Shown: positions 1 to 9,272, numbered from the stretch's first letter. The stretch: 64,000 nt of DNA from Escherichia coli (GCF_965641715.1 NZ_OZ282453.1); one strand, 5' to 3'. Notes: generated from the sequence alone by a model not told the origin. A program made the numbers and translations.

Positions 1-164
1 TTCAGCATCCCTTTTTGCTGGATTTGCTGCGTTTGCATTTGGGTTTGCATCCGCTGCTGACTGGGGATCTGATACCCCGGCTGGTTAGGGTTATTCAGAG
101 TATTAATGGGCTGTGCAAAGCCGACAAACGGCAGGAGTGCCGTAAGAATCAGAAGTCGTTTCAT
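1..164 (-). CDS. yhhA: Gln-rich secreted protein, 5' part only (N-terminal ~54 codons; gene runs off window start)
   Basis: Minus-strand ATG at 162..164 preceded by GGAGGA (revcomp of 171..176); translation [23 protein letters not shown]... has a signal-peptide-like N-terminus then a Q-rich stretch; divergent from ggt as in the K-12 map (recalled). Confidence 0.6.
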
Positions 165-283
165 CGCGTATCCTCCTCTGAAGATATTCTTTAAGTTTAC
201 TCCTTTCCTGCAATCATCAGGATTAATTCAGAGTTATATACCAGGCTTAGCTGGGGTTGCCCCTTAATCTCTGGAGAATAACG

Positions 284-2029
284 ATGATAAAACCGACGTT
301 TTTACGCCGGGTGGCCATTGCTGCTCTGTTCACAGGAAGTTGTTTTAGTACGGTAGCCGCGCCACCTGCGCCGTCTCCTGTTTCTTACGGCGTGGAGGAA
401 GATGTCTTTCATCCGGTACGCGCGAAACAGGGGATGGTGGCATCTGTAGATGCTACTGCCACTCAGGTGGGGGTGGATATCCTCAAGGAGGGCGGGAATG
501 CCGTTGATGCCGCCGTGGCTGTGGGCTACGCGCTGGCGGTAACGCATCCGCAGGCAGGGAATCTGGGCGGTGGTGGTTTTATGCTGATCCGCTCGAAAAA
601 TGGCAATACCACCGCTATCGATTTCCGCGAAATGGCACCCGCCAAAGCGACCCGCGATATGTTCCTTGATGACCAGGGCAACCCGGACAGCAAAAAATCA
701 CTCACTTCGCATCTGGCTTCCGGCACGCCCGGTACGGTCGCTGGTTTCTCGCTGGCGTTGGATAAATACGGCACAATGCCGTTGAACAAAGTGGTGCAGC
801 CAGCGTTTAAACTGGCACGCGATGGTTTTATCGTTAACGACGCGCTGGCTGACGATCTCAAAACCTACGGGAGCGAAGTGCTGCCGAATCACGAAAACAG
901 CAAGGCTATCTTCTGGAAAGAGGGCGAGCCGCTGAAAAAGGGCGACAAGCTGGTGCAGGCGAACCTGGCAAAGAGCCTGGAGATGATTGCCGAAAACGGC
1001 CCGGACGAATTCTACAAAGGCACGATAGCGGAACAGATTGCCCAGGAGATGCAGAAAAACGGTGGCCTGATCACTAAAGAAGATTTAGCGGCGTATAAAG
1101 CGGTCGAACGCACACCGATAAGCGGCGATTATCGCGGGTATCAGGTTTACTCTATGCCACCGCCATCTTCCGGTGGGATTCATATCGTGCAGATCCTCAA
1201 TATTCTGGAAAACTTCGATATGAAGAAATACGGCTTTGGCAGTGCCGATGCGATGCAAATCATGGCAGAGGCTGAGAAATACGCCTACGCCGACCGCTCG
1301 GAATATCTTGGCGACCCGGATTTTGTCAAAGTCCCGTGGCAGGCGCTGACCAATAAAGCCTATGCCAAATCTATTGCCGAGCAAATCGATATCAATAAAG
1401 CGAAACCGTCCAGCGAGATTCGCCCTGGCAAGCTTGCGCCTTATGAGAGTAATCAAACTACCCATTACTCAGTGGTGGATAAAGACGGTAACGCCGTGGC
1501 GGTGACCTATACGCTGAACACCACCTTCGGTACGGGTATTGTCGCGGGCGAGAGCGGTATTCTGCTTAATAACCAGATGGATGATTTCTCCGCCAAACCG
1601 GGCGTACCGAACGTTTACGGGCTGGTAGGCGGTGATGCCAACGCGGTCGGGCCGAATAAACGCCCGCTGTCGTCGATGTCACCAACCATTGTGGTGAAAG
1701 ACGGTAAAACCTGGCTGGTTACCGGTAGCCCTGGCGGGAGCCGGATTATTACCACCGTGCTGCAAATGGTGGTGAATAGCATCGATTATGGCATGAACGT
1801 CGCCGAAGCGACCAATGCGCCGCGTTTCCACCATCAGTGGTTGCCGGACGAGCTGCGTGTCGAAAAAGGGTTTAGCCCGGATACGCTCAAACTGCTGGAA
1901 GCAAAAGGTCAGAAAGTGGCGCTGAAAGAGGCGATGGGCAGTACACAAAGCATTATGGTTGGGCCGGACGGTGAGTTGTACGGCGCATCCGACCCGCGCT
2001 CGGTGGATGATTTAACGGCGGGGTACTAA
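284..2029 (+). CDS. ggt: gamma-glutamyltranspeptidase (periplasmic, Ntn-hydrolase)
   Basis: ORF track 257..2029; N-terminus MIKPTFLRRVAIAAL... signal peptide from the ATG at 284; conserved autoprocessing region ...SNQTTHYSVVD...; full-length match to E. coli GGT as recalled. Confidence 0.95.
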   Translation: MIKPTFLRRVAIAALFTGSCFSTVAAPPAPSPVSYGVEEDVFHPVRAKQGMVASVDATATQVGVDILKEGGNAVDAAVAVGYALAVTHPQAGNLGGGGFMLIRSKNGNTTAIDFREMAPAKATRDMFLDDQGNPDSKKSLTSHLASGTPGTVAGFSLALDKYGTMPLNKVVQPAFKLARDGFIVNDALADDLKTYGSEVLPNHENSKAIFWKEGEPLKKGDKLVQANLAKSLEMIAENGPDEFYKGTIAEQIAQEMQKNGGLITKEDLAAYKAVERTPISGDYRGYQVYSMPPPSSGGIHIVQILNILENFDMKKYGFGSADAMQIMAEAEKYAYADRSEYLGDPDFVKVPWQALTNKAYAKSIAEQIDINKAKPSSEIRPGKLAPYESNQTTHYSVVDKDGNAVAVTYTLNTTFGTGIVAGESGILLNNQMDDFSAKPGVPNVYGLVGGDANAVGPNKRPLSSMSPTIVVKDGKTWLVTGSPGGSRIITTVLQMVVNSIDYGMNVAEATNAPRFHHQWLPDELRVEKGFSPDTLKLLEAKGQKVALKEAMGSTQSIMVGPDGELYGASDPRSVDDLTAGY

Positions 2030-2037
2030 GGTTAGCG

Positions 2038-2066
2038 GCCCTCTTCGTGGGAAGAGGGCTATTTTG
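2038..2066. terminator. Rho-independent terminator hairpin shared by convergent ggt and yrhB
   Basis: Stem GCCCTCTTC (2038..2046) / GAAGAGGGC (2051..2059), loop GTGG, followed by TATTTTG. Confidence 0.7.
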
Positions 2067-2351
2067 TCAGGGCAAGCCGAAGGTAGCCTTTTTTATTTCG
2101 TAATCCTGTAGATATTCTTCCAGCGGCTTTGCCGTTCCCAGAGAATGAATTTCACCACTGTCTTTATCAATAATAAAAGGTGCGTTACCAGCTAAGCGCG
2201 CGGCCTCATCTCCAGTTTCGAGAAATTCTCGTGCTTCGAAACAGAAATACCAGCCCTGGCTAAAGCGTCCATGTAGAGTAATGACGACCGGGAGATCTGC
2301 ATCATCAAGGTAATGGTTCGCTTTCGCGAATGCGTCGTGATAAGTAATCAT
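2067..2351 (-). CDS. yrhB: small 94-aa protein at the position of K-12 yrhB
   Basis: ORF track 2067..2351 (94 aa); size and position next to ggt match K-12 yrhB (recalled); the sequence itself was not independently recognised. Confidence 0.55.
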   Translation of the reverse strand: MITYHDAFAKANHYLDDADLPVVITLHGRFSQGWYFCFEAREFLETGDEAARLAGNAPFIIDKDSGEIHSLGTAKPLEEYLQDYEIKKATFGLP

Positions 2352-2800
2352 AATTATAATAAATATTATTGTTGAATGTTATATTATTATTCCTGTGTGA
2401 TACATTGAGCAAAGGTGCATTCATCTTCGTCAAAGATATTATTAAATGCTGGTTTTGAAAAAAGTTCATCGGATAAGATATAGTCACGAAATAAGTATCT
2501 GCTAATATTTTGTGATTTCTTTTTCAGAACGTCGAACGGGATTTTCTTATTTAAGATATCAGAATCTTATGATTTGGGTAAAATTCTAAATAAATCAACA
2601 TGTCACTAAAATCATCATAGCCATTAGCTATTTCGGCTAAAATAGAGACTACATGTCTTCGGTCCATCTCACTTAAGGAGTGTAGTTCCGTTGTAAGTTT
2701 TTCCATAGCTTGCATTGCTAAATTTCGAACAAGGAATTTTCTGGTGGTAATCTCTAAAAAGATGGCATGGTTTACAATGATTTTTGTTTCCTTTTGATTA

Positions 2801-3295
2801 TTATGAACAACTATCCATGATTTCGTTTAAGAATGAAGAGAAATCACTAAACGAACTGAATATATTTTCTGTGCCAATATTATCTCTAATTTCAAAAAAG
2901 TTACTTTTAATGTCATAAGTAAATATTGAAATGCTATCATCCCCGATCACTAACCGTTCTTGTAGATCAGGGTTTATGAAATCATCATTATTTCTATAAA
3001 ATTCATTTACGGCAAAAAGGTTTTTAACTGAAGGTTCTGGAATCGAGAGGCTAAATAATCGCAATCCATTAACTTCGAATCCATCCATTGCTCTTAAAAA
3101 AGTAAGATAATCAGGTTGATTCTTAAAAAGAATACTAACTTCATTACATAACTTCTCCAGGCAATTAGTTGAATTAGAATTAAATTCTATTTGGATTATA
3201 CTTTCAATAAATGATTCCTTGAGCGGTGCTTCAAATGGATAGTCTAAATCATTCATCATTTTTATTAATTTGTTTATTTGGGTTTTAGTCATCAT
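2801..3295 (-). CDS. putative immunity protein for the upstream HNH-like toxin domain (position of K-12 yrhA)
   Basis: 164-aa acidic ORF; its ATG overlaps the stop of the toxin-domain ORF (ATGA overlap at 3292..3295); AT-rich codon usage like the neighbouring Hcp gene. Confidence 0.5.
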   Translation of the reverse strand: MMTKTQINKLIKMMNDLDYPFEAPLKESFIESIIQIEFNSNSTNCLEKLCNEVSILFKNQPDYLTFLRAMDGFEVNGLRLFSLSIPEPSVKNLFAVNEFYRNNDDFINPDLQERLVIGDDSISIFTYDIKSNFFEIRDNIGTENIFSSFSDFSSFLNEIMDSCS

Positions 3296-3678
3296 TTTGT
3301 GGGTTCCATAATATTTTTCATGGGAGGATAAATTGAGCCAGATGGAATGGCCCAGGGAGTGATTTTGCTTTCACCTACTAATATTCCCTTAGCTATTCGT
3401 GATTGCATGTTAGTAAAAACTTTATGATATGGTTCGTTTTCGATTAATACTAAATTTTCGAAATCATTAGTACCACCATCATCTAGAGATAGTTTATGGT
3501 GAACATTATAATTTAGAGGAACATAGCCCTTTCTCATTCTTAAAAGGTCTTCGGTGTTGAATCTTCCAGATGCTTCGGAGGTTTTTGCAAGTTTGATAAG
3601 AAAATTTTTTCTTACAGTTTTGTTAAACTCCTTTCGTAAGTTAGCTAAGTCTTTTGAAGGTCTCTTAATGTATATTAT
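3292..3678 (-). other. C-terminal HNH-like nuclease toxin domain of an Hcp-toxin fusion (yhhZ-like), in frame with the Hcp ORF but separated from it by one TAA
   Basis: Frame arithmetic: 4470-3537=933 (multiple of 3); the 47 codons between the TAA (3679..3681) and the ATG at 3535..3537 contain no stop and translate cleanly (IIYIKRPSKDLANLRKEFNKTV...); HNH-type motif NVHHKLSLDDGGTNDFENLVLIENEPYHK. Confidence 0.55.
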
Positions 3679-4470
3679 TTATATTATGTCTATGCCATCA
3701 AGAAGTTTTTGTTGATCTCTAAGTTTGCCTAAGTAACTATTTATTTCTGTATATGTATCAACTTTAGAACGCTTTGTTAAAAGAATAGATGCTGTTGCTA
3801 TCGCTATGCCCGCTGTTTTTTCATTTAGTATTTGATCATAGCCTTTGATTGCATCTCCACCCAGTTTTTCCGCAGTATCTCTGAATCCTTCAATGTTCCC
3901 ATTGTATACGCCACCAGCAGCAAGTAGCCTGCCAACAGCTTTGCTGTTTAACGTTTTGAAACGATTATTTGTTTGGTTTTTTGAATTTGGTAAAAACAAA
4001 CGGTTATAATTTTCAGGGAGTGCCAAATAGCTGAACTCGGTATTTGCGATAAGATGTTGACAGAGGATAAATTCATAACTAACAGTTATTGTTTCTGTAT
4101 CCAGTTGATTTTGAATGATCTGATGATGAATAGCCGATAAAAAAGCGCCTCTTAGTTGTGTATAATAATACTTTTCCCATCTACCAAATCTATTGATTCT
4201 ATAAAAGTCAAATTTCATAAATAATTGCTCATTATTGTTAATGGAATTAATAAGTAATGGAGTGCTTTTATCAATTAATTTACAAAATGTCATAGCCTGT
4301 AACTGTGAACCAAGCCCCGTATTAGTAATTCTATTTTCGAGTGAGAATGTAAATATTTCATTCTCATGCCCGCTCTGCCAGCGATTACCTATAGATTCAG
4401 TAGTCCCACAACCTGCGGAGATGCTTCCTTGTTGTTCTCCCGTTACTGTCAGATAAACAATATTACTCAT
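3679..4470 (-). CDS. yhhZ: Hcp (type VI secretion tube protein) domain with C-terminal extension; N-terminal part of a yhhZ-like Hcp-toxin fusion ending at an in-frame TAA
   Basis: N-terminus MSNIVYLTVTGEQQGSISAGCGTTESIGNRWQSGHENEIFTFS is Hcp-like; 263 codons to TAA at 3679..3681; ORFs 3679..4470 and 3292..3537 share one frame; combined length ~392 codons equals K-12 YhhZ as recalled. Confidence 0.7.
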   Translation of the reverse strand: MSNIVYLTVTGEQQGSISAGCGTTESIGNRWQSGHENEIFTFSLENRITNTGLGSQLQAMTFCKLIDKSTPLLINSINNNEQLFMKFDFYRINRFGRWEKYYYTQLRGAFLSAIHHQIIQNQLDTETITVSYEFILCQHLIANTEFSYLALPENYNRLFLPNSKNQTNNRFKTLNSKAVGRLLAAGGVYNGNIEGFRDTAEKLGGDAIKGYDQILNEKTAGIAIATASILLTKRSKVDTYTEINSYLGKLRDQQKLLDGIDII

Positions 4471-4706
4471 CCCTGAAAAGTCCTTTTATGGCATGCTATT
4501 TTATCAATGGCACTATTATGCTTGTTAATTGTTATTTATTTACTCCAGGAAATTGTAGGCGTATATATTAAAAAATAAAATATTACACTTTAGGAAGTAA
4601 TTATGAGGTAAGTCTCAATATATTTATTGGGAAAATAAATACATTAAAGGAAGGTATGCCGATTTTGAATGACACCCTTTTTCCATCTCAGAAAAAGGGC
4701 ACTATT

Positions 4707-5195
4707 TTACTTCACCCGCGCCATAAAATACGCATCAACATATTCACCATTACGTAATGCGTACTTCTTGCCAGTCCCTTCAATCTCAAAGCCGAATTTT
4801 TTATAGACCTTAATTGCTGGCGCGTTATCGACAAACACCGTTAGCTCAATACGATCTACCCGCAACCAGTTGTCGCACATTTCAATCATCTCTCGCATCA
4901 GGGCGCTGGCGACGCCGCGATTCTTCCAGCGGGCGTCGACACAGATACCAAAATCGGCAACATGACTGCGGCGTGGGCGCTGTTGCACGTCAATGGTGAG
5001 ATGGCCCACGACGTCTCCATCAATACAGGCGACGAGTTGCTTGATGCCGGGACGATTGGCGAGTCGCTCCTGCCACATATAATCGGAAGGATGAGGCACT
5101 TGTAGCGTGTTGTAATACACCTCCGGCTGGGCGTGAATCTGCCTGATGGCCTCGTAATCGCGCGTTTCAGCATGGCGTATCACTATCTCACTCAT
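4707..5195 (-). CDS. yhhY: GNAT-family N-acetyltransferase
   Basis: ORF track 4707..5273; likely start at the ATG 5193..5195 (MSEIVIRHAETRDYEAIRQIH...) preceded by GAGGA; 162 aa. Confidence 0.85.
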   Translation of the reverse strand: MSEIVIRHAETRDYEAIRQIHAQPEVYYNTLQVPHPSDYMWQERLANRPGIKQLVACIDGDVVGHLTIDVQQRPRRSHVADFGICVDARWKNRGVASALMREMIEMCDNWLRVDRIELTVFVDNAPAIKVYKKFGFEIEGTGKKYALRNGEYVDAYFMARVK

Positions 5196-5528
5196 TCCTT
5201 TGTCCTCTTTGGGGTAAATGTCCCTTTCAACATCATTGACTTTCGAATGCGAGTCAAATGCATTTTTTTGCAAAAAGTGTTGGACAAGTGCGAATGAGAA
5301 TGATTATTATTGTCTCGCGATCAGGAAGACCCTCGCGGAGAACCTGAAAGCACGACATTGCTCACATTGCTTCCAGTATTACTTAGCCAGCCGGGTGCTG
5401 GCTTTTTTTTTGATCTTTCGTTCTCAATTTATCCTCGGGAAGTGCTTGTGTTCGTTATGCGCACTCCAGTAGGAACCACGTCCGCTTTGCGCTAAGGTGT
5501 AAATAACCACCTTAAAAAGGACGAAATC

Positions 5529-6566
5529 ATGGTCATCAACTGCGCCTTTATTGGCTTCGGCAAAAGCACCACCCGTTACCATCTGCCGTATGTACTTAAC
5601 CGCAAGGATAGCTGGCATGTCGCGCATATTTTTCGCCGCCATGCAAAGCCGGAAGAACAAGCTCCCATTTACTCTCATATCCATTTCACCAGCGATCTCA
5701 ACGAAGTGCTAAACGATCCCGATGTTAAGCTGGTTGTTGTCTGCACCCATGCGGACAGCCACTTCGAGTACGCGAAGCGCGCGCTGGAAGCCGGGAAAAA
5801 TGTGCTGGTCGAAAAACCGTTCACTCCGACACTTGCGCAGGCGAAAGAGCTGTTTGCACTGGCGAAAAGCAAAGGGCTGACCGTCACGCCATATCAGAAT
5901 CGTCGCTTTGATTCCTGCTTCCTGACGGCGAAAAAAGCGATTGAAAGCGGCAAGCTGGGAGAGATTGTCGAAGTGGAAAGCCATTTTGACTATTACCGCC
6001 CGGTGGCAGAAACCAAACCTGGGCTGCCGCAGGATGGCGCGTTCTATGGCCTTGGTGTGCATACGATGGACCAGATTATTTCTCTGTTCGGTCGCCCGGA
6101 TAACGTCGCTTATGACATCCGCAGCCTGCGCAATAAAGCCAATCCTGACGATACTTTCGAAGCGCAACTGTTTTATGGCGATCTAAAAGCCATCGTCAAA
6201 ACCAGCCATCTGGTGAAAATCGATTATCCGAAATTTATCGTTCATGGTAAGAAAGGTTCGTTTATTAAATACGGTATCGACCAGCAGGAAACCAGCCTGA
6301 AGGCTAATATTATGCCGGGCGAACCGGGATTCGCAGCGGATGATTCGGTCGGTGTGCTGGAGTATGTCAATGACGAGGGCGTGACGGTCAGAGAAGAGAT
6401 GAAGCCGGAGATGGGCGATTACGGGCGCGTTTATGATGCGTTGTATCAAACCATCACCCACGGTGCGCCAAATTACGTCAAGGAATCTGAAGTTCTTACG
6501 AATATGGAAATCCTTGAACGCGGATTCGAGCAAGCCTCTCCCTCCACAGTGACTCTCGCGAAGTAA
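5529..6566 (+). CDS. yhhX: Gfo/Idh/MocA-family NAD(P)-dependent oxidoreductase
   Basis: 345-aa ORF; N-terminal Rossmann motif CAFIGFGKSTTRYHLP. Confidence 0.9.
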   Translation: MVINCAFIGFGKSTTRYHLPYVLNRKDSWHVAHIFRRHAKPEEQAPIYSHIHFTSDLNEVLNDPDVKLVVVCTHADSHFEYAKRALEAGKNVLVEKPFTPTLAQAKELFALAKSKGLTVTPYQNRRFDSCFLTAKKAIESGKLGEIVEVESHFDYYRPVAETKPGLPQDGAFYGLGVHTMDQIISLFGRPDNVAYDIRSLRNKANPDDTFEAQLFYGDLKAIVKTSHLVKIDYPKFIVHGKKGSFIKYGIDQQETSLKANIMPGEPGFAADDSVGVLEYVNDEGVTVREEMKPEMGDYGRVYDALYQTITHGAPNYVKESEVLTNMEILERGFEQASPSTVTLAK

Positions 6567-6688
6567 GTTTGATGGCCCCTCGAATAGTTCAATTTTTTTG
6601 AACAGAGGGGTCAATTTTCACCCTCTATCATCCCAGGCAGATCGGGTCCACACTAAGCCCATCGAAATCATTCAGGGGGCGAATACAA

Positions 6689-7384
6689 ATGATCTACTTA
6701 CGCAAAGCAAATGAACGTGGTCATGCAAATCATGGCTGGCTGGACTCCTGGCATACTTTCTCTTTTGCCAACTATTACGATCCGAACTTTATGGGCTTCT
6801 CCGCGCTGCGCGTGATTAACGACGACGTGATTGAAGCAGGGCAGGGCTTCGGCACTCACCCGCATAAAGATATGGAAATTTTGACCTACGTGCTGGAAGG
6901 TACTGTTGAGCACCAGGACAGCATGGGCAATAAAGAGCAGGTTCCGGCGGGCGAGTTCCAGATTATGAGTGCGGGTACGGGTATTCGTCACTCAGAGTAC
7001 AACCCAAGCAGCACTGAGCGTCTGCATCTGTATCAGATCTGGATCATGCCTGAAGAAAACGGTATTACGCCGCGTTATGAACAGCGTCGCTTCGATGCCG
7101 TACAGGGCAAACAGCTGGTGCTCTCGCCGGATGCGCGAGATGGTTCATTGAAAGTGCATCAGGATATGGAACTGTACCGCTGGGCGTTGCTGAAAGATGA
7201 GCAGTCGGTGCATCAGATTGCCGCTGAACGCCGCGTCTGGATCCAGGTGGTGAAAGGCAATGTCACCATTAACGGCGTGAAAGCCTCGACCAGCGATGGT
7301 CTGGCAATCTGGGATGAGCAGGCAATCTCCATCCATGCGGATAGCGACAGCGAAGTGTTACTGTTCGATCTGCCGTCGGTTTAA
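6689..7384 (+). CDS. yhhW: pirin-like cupin protein (quercetin 2,3-dioxygenase)
   Basis: 231-aa ORF; cupin metal-binding His motifs (HPHKDMEILTYVLEG...H). Confidence 0.9.
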   Translation: MIYLRKANERGHANHGWLDSWHTFSFANYYDPNFMGFSALRVINDDVIEAGQGFGTHPHKDMEILTYVLEGTVEHQDSMGNKEQVPAGEFQIMSAGTGIRHSEYNPSSTERLHLYQIWIMPEENGITPRYEQRRFDAVQGKQLVLSPDARDGSLKVHQDMELYRWALLKDEQSVHQIAAERRVWIQVVKGNVTINGVKASTSDGLAIWDEQAISIHADSDSEVLLFDLPSV

Positions 7385-7607
7385 AGCTCAACGGCATCTT
7401 TGAAGCCTGCCTTTTTGCAGGCTTCCTCGCTCGCTCCGGTCGCGTGCTGATGTACGCTTCCGGGGTTTTGCAGCGTCGTTAGCACAATGCGATGCAATTG
7501 ATTTAGTGTATATCTAATAATTGTAAACAAGCACTGTTTTCCCCGGGAAGGTTCTGATGCGTCCGTGTTAAACTAAGAGAATCTATCTCTTTTGTACCTT
7601 CAGGACG

Positions 7608-8603
7608 ATGAAAAAGAAAAGACCCGTACTTCAGGATGTGGCTGACCGTGTAGGCGTGACCAAAATGACGGTCAGCCGTTTTTTACGCAACCCGGAGCAG
7701 GTTTCCGTCGCTCTACGCGGCAAGATTGCCGCGGCTCTTGATGAACTGGGCTATATTCCCAATCGTGCGCCCGATATCCTCTCTAACGCCACCAGCCGGG
7801 CGATTGGCGTCCTGTTACCTTCTCTCACCAACCAGGTTTTCGCGGAAGTATTACGCGGAATCGAAAGCGTCACCGACGCGCACGGTTATCAGACCATGCT
7901 GGCGCACTACGGTTATAAACCGGAAATGGAGCAAGAACGTCTCGAATCCATGCTCTCATGGAATATCGACGGACTGATCCTCACCGAACGTACCCACACG
8001 CCGCGCACCTTAAAGATGATTGAAGTGGCGGGGATTCCCGTGGTGGAACTCATGGACAGCCAGTCGCCGTGCCTCGATATCGCCGTCGGTTTTGATAACT
8101 TTGAAGCGGCACGCCAGATGACCACCGCCATTATTGCTCGCGGGCATCGCCACATTGCCTATCTCGGCGCACGTCTCGACGAACGTACTATCATCAAACA
8201 GAAGGGATACGAACAGGCGATGCTGGATGCAGGCCTGGTGCCATATAGCGTGATGGTTGAGCAATCTTCTTCTTACTCTTCCGGTATTGAACTGATTCGC
8301 CAGGCGCGGCGGGAATATCCGCAGCTGGATGGCGTGTTCTGTACTAATGATGATCTGGCGGTCGGCGCGGCGTTTGAATGTCAGCGTCTGGGGTTAAAAG
8401 TTCCTGACGATATGGCGATTGCCGGTTTCCACGGTCATGACATTGGTCAGGTGATGGAGCCACGACTTGCGAGCGTGCTGACGCCGCGTGAGCGGATGGG
8501 CAGTATTGGCGCTGAACGCCTGCTGGCGCGTATTCGTGGCGAATCTGTGACACCGAAAATGTTAGATTTAGGTTTCACCTTGTCACCGGGCGGATCTATT
8601 TAA
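7608..8603 (+). CDS. gntR: LacI-family gluconate repressor
   Basis: 331-aa ORF; N-terminal HTH (LQDVADRVGVTKMTVSRFL) plus periplasmic-binding-like effector domain; precedes gntK-gntU. Confidence 0.95.
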   Translation: MKKKRPVLQDVADRVGVTKMTVSRFLRNPEQVSVALRGKIAAALDELGYIPNRAPDILSNATSRAIGVLLPSLTNQVFAEVLRGIESVTDAHGYQTMLAHYGYKPEMEQERLESMLSWNIDGLILTERTHTPRTLKMIEVAGIPVVELMDSQSPCLDIAVGFDNFEAARQMTTAIIARGHRHIAYLGARLDERTIIKQKGYEQAMLDAGLVPYSVMVEQSSSYSSGIELIRQARREYPQLDGVFCTNDDLAVGAAFECQRLGLKVPDDMAIAGFHGHDIGQVMEPRLASVLTPRERMGSIGAERLLARIRGESVTPKMLDLGFTLSPGGSI

Positions 8604-8682
8604 GCCCACAAATTTGAAGTAGCTCACACTTATACACTTAAGGCACGGATGGATATTGCTTCTGATAATGTCCGGCTGGACA

Positions 8683-8711
8683 ATGTTACCGATAACAGTT
8701 ACCCGTAACAT
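8683..8711. promoter_or_regulatory. GntR operator (palindromic) in the gntK promoter region
   Basis: ATGTTACCGATAACAGTTACCCGTAACAT at 8683..8711, two ATGTTAC-type half-sites, ~30 bp upstream of the gntK TTG start. Confidence 0.6.
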
Positions 8712-8741
8712 TTTTAATTCTTGTATTGTGGGGGCACCACT

Positions 8742-9269
8742 TTGAGCACGACTAACCATGATCACCACGTTTACGTCTTGATGGGCGTATCGGGCAGCGG
8801 CAAATCTGCGGTCGCAAGTGAAGTGGCGCATCAACTTCATGCCGCGTTTCTTGATGGCGATTTCCTCCATCCACGGCGCAATATCGAAAAAATGGCGTCT
8901 GGCGAACCGCTGAATGACGACGATCGCAAACCGTGGTTGCAGGCGCTGAACGACGCTGCGTTTGCTATGCAGCGCACTAATAAAGTGTCGCTGATCGTCT
9001 GTTCTGCATTGAAAAAACACTATCGCGACTTGCTGCGTGAAGGTAATCCGAATCTCTCTTTCATCTACCTGAAAGGCGATTTTGATGTGATTGAAAGCCG
9101 CCTGAAAGCGCGCAAAGGCCATTTCTTTAAAACCCAAATGTTGGTGACGCAGTTTGAAACGCTGCAGGAGCCGGGTGCGGACGAAACCGATGTACTGGTG
9201 GTGGATATCGATCAACCGCTGGAAGGTGTTGTGGCAAGCACCATTGAGGTTATTAAAAAAGGCAAATAA
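8742..9269 (+). CDS. gntK: gluconokinase (thermoresistant), TTG start
   Basis: Frame of ORF 8721..9269; MSTTNHDHHVYVLMGVSGSGKSAV (P-loop) begins at TTG 8742..8744; 175 aa. Confidence 0.85.
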   Translation: MSTTNHDHHVYVLMGVSGSGKSAVASEVAHQLHAAFLDGDFLHPRRNIEKMASGEPLNDDDRKPWLQALNDAAFAMQRTNKVSLIVCSALKKHYRDLLREGNPNLSFIYLKGDFDVIESRLKARKGHFFKTQMLVTQFETLQEPGADETDVLVVDIDQPLEGVVASTIEVIKKGK

Positions 9270-9272
9270 GTA

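Noticed and set aside
3292-3537. The 81-aa HNH-like ORF as an independent small nuclease gene
   Set aside because: It shares a frame with the upstream Hcp ORF across 47 stop-free codons and has no RBS of its own; better explained as the C-terminal domain of an Hcp-toxin fusion cut off by one stop codon.
2352-4706. CRISPR array or tRNA in the AT-rich accessory region
   Set aside because: No regularly spaced direct repeats and no tRNA-like cloverleaf candidates were seen by eye; the AT-rich stretches are better explained as horizontally acquired toxin/immunity DNA. A proper tRNA/CRISPR scan was not run.
8583-9215. 210-aa ORF antisense to gntK
   Set aside because: Overlaps the gntR 3' end, the operator and all of gntK on the opposite strand; gntK is supported by the P-loop motif.
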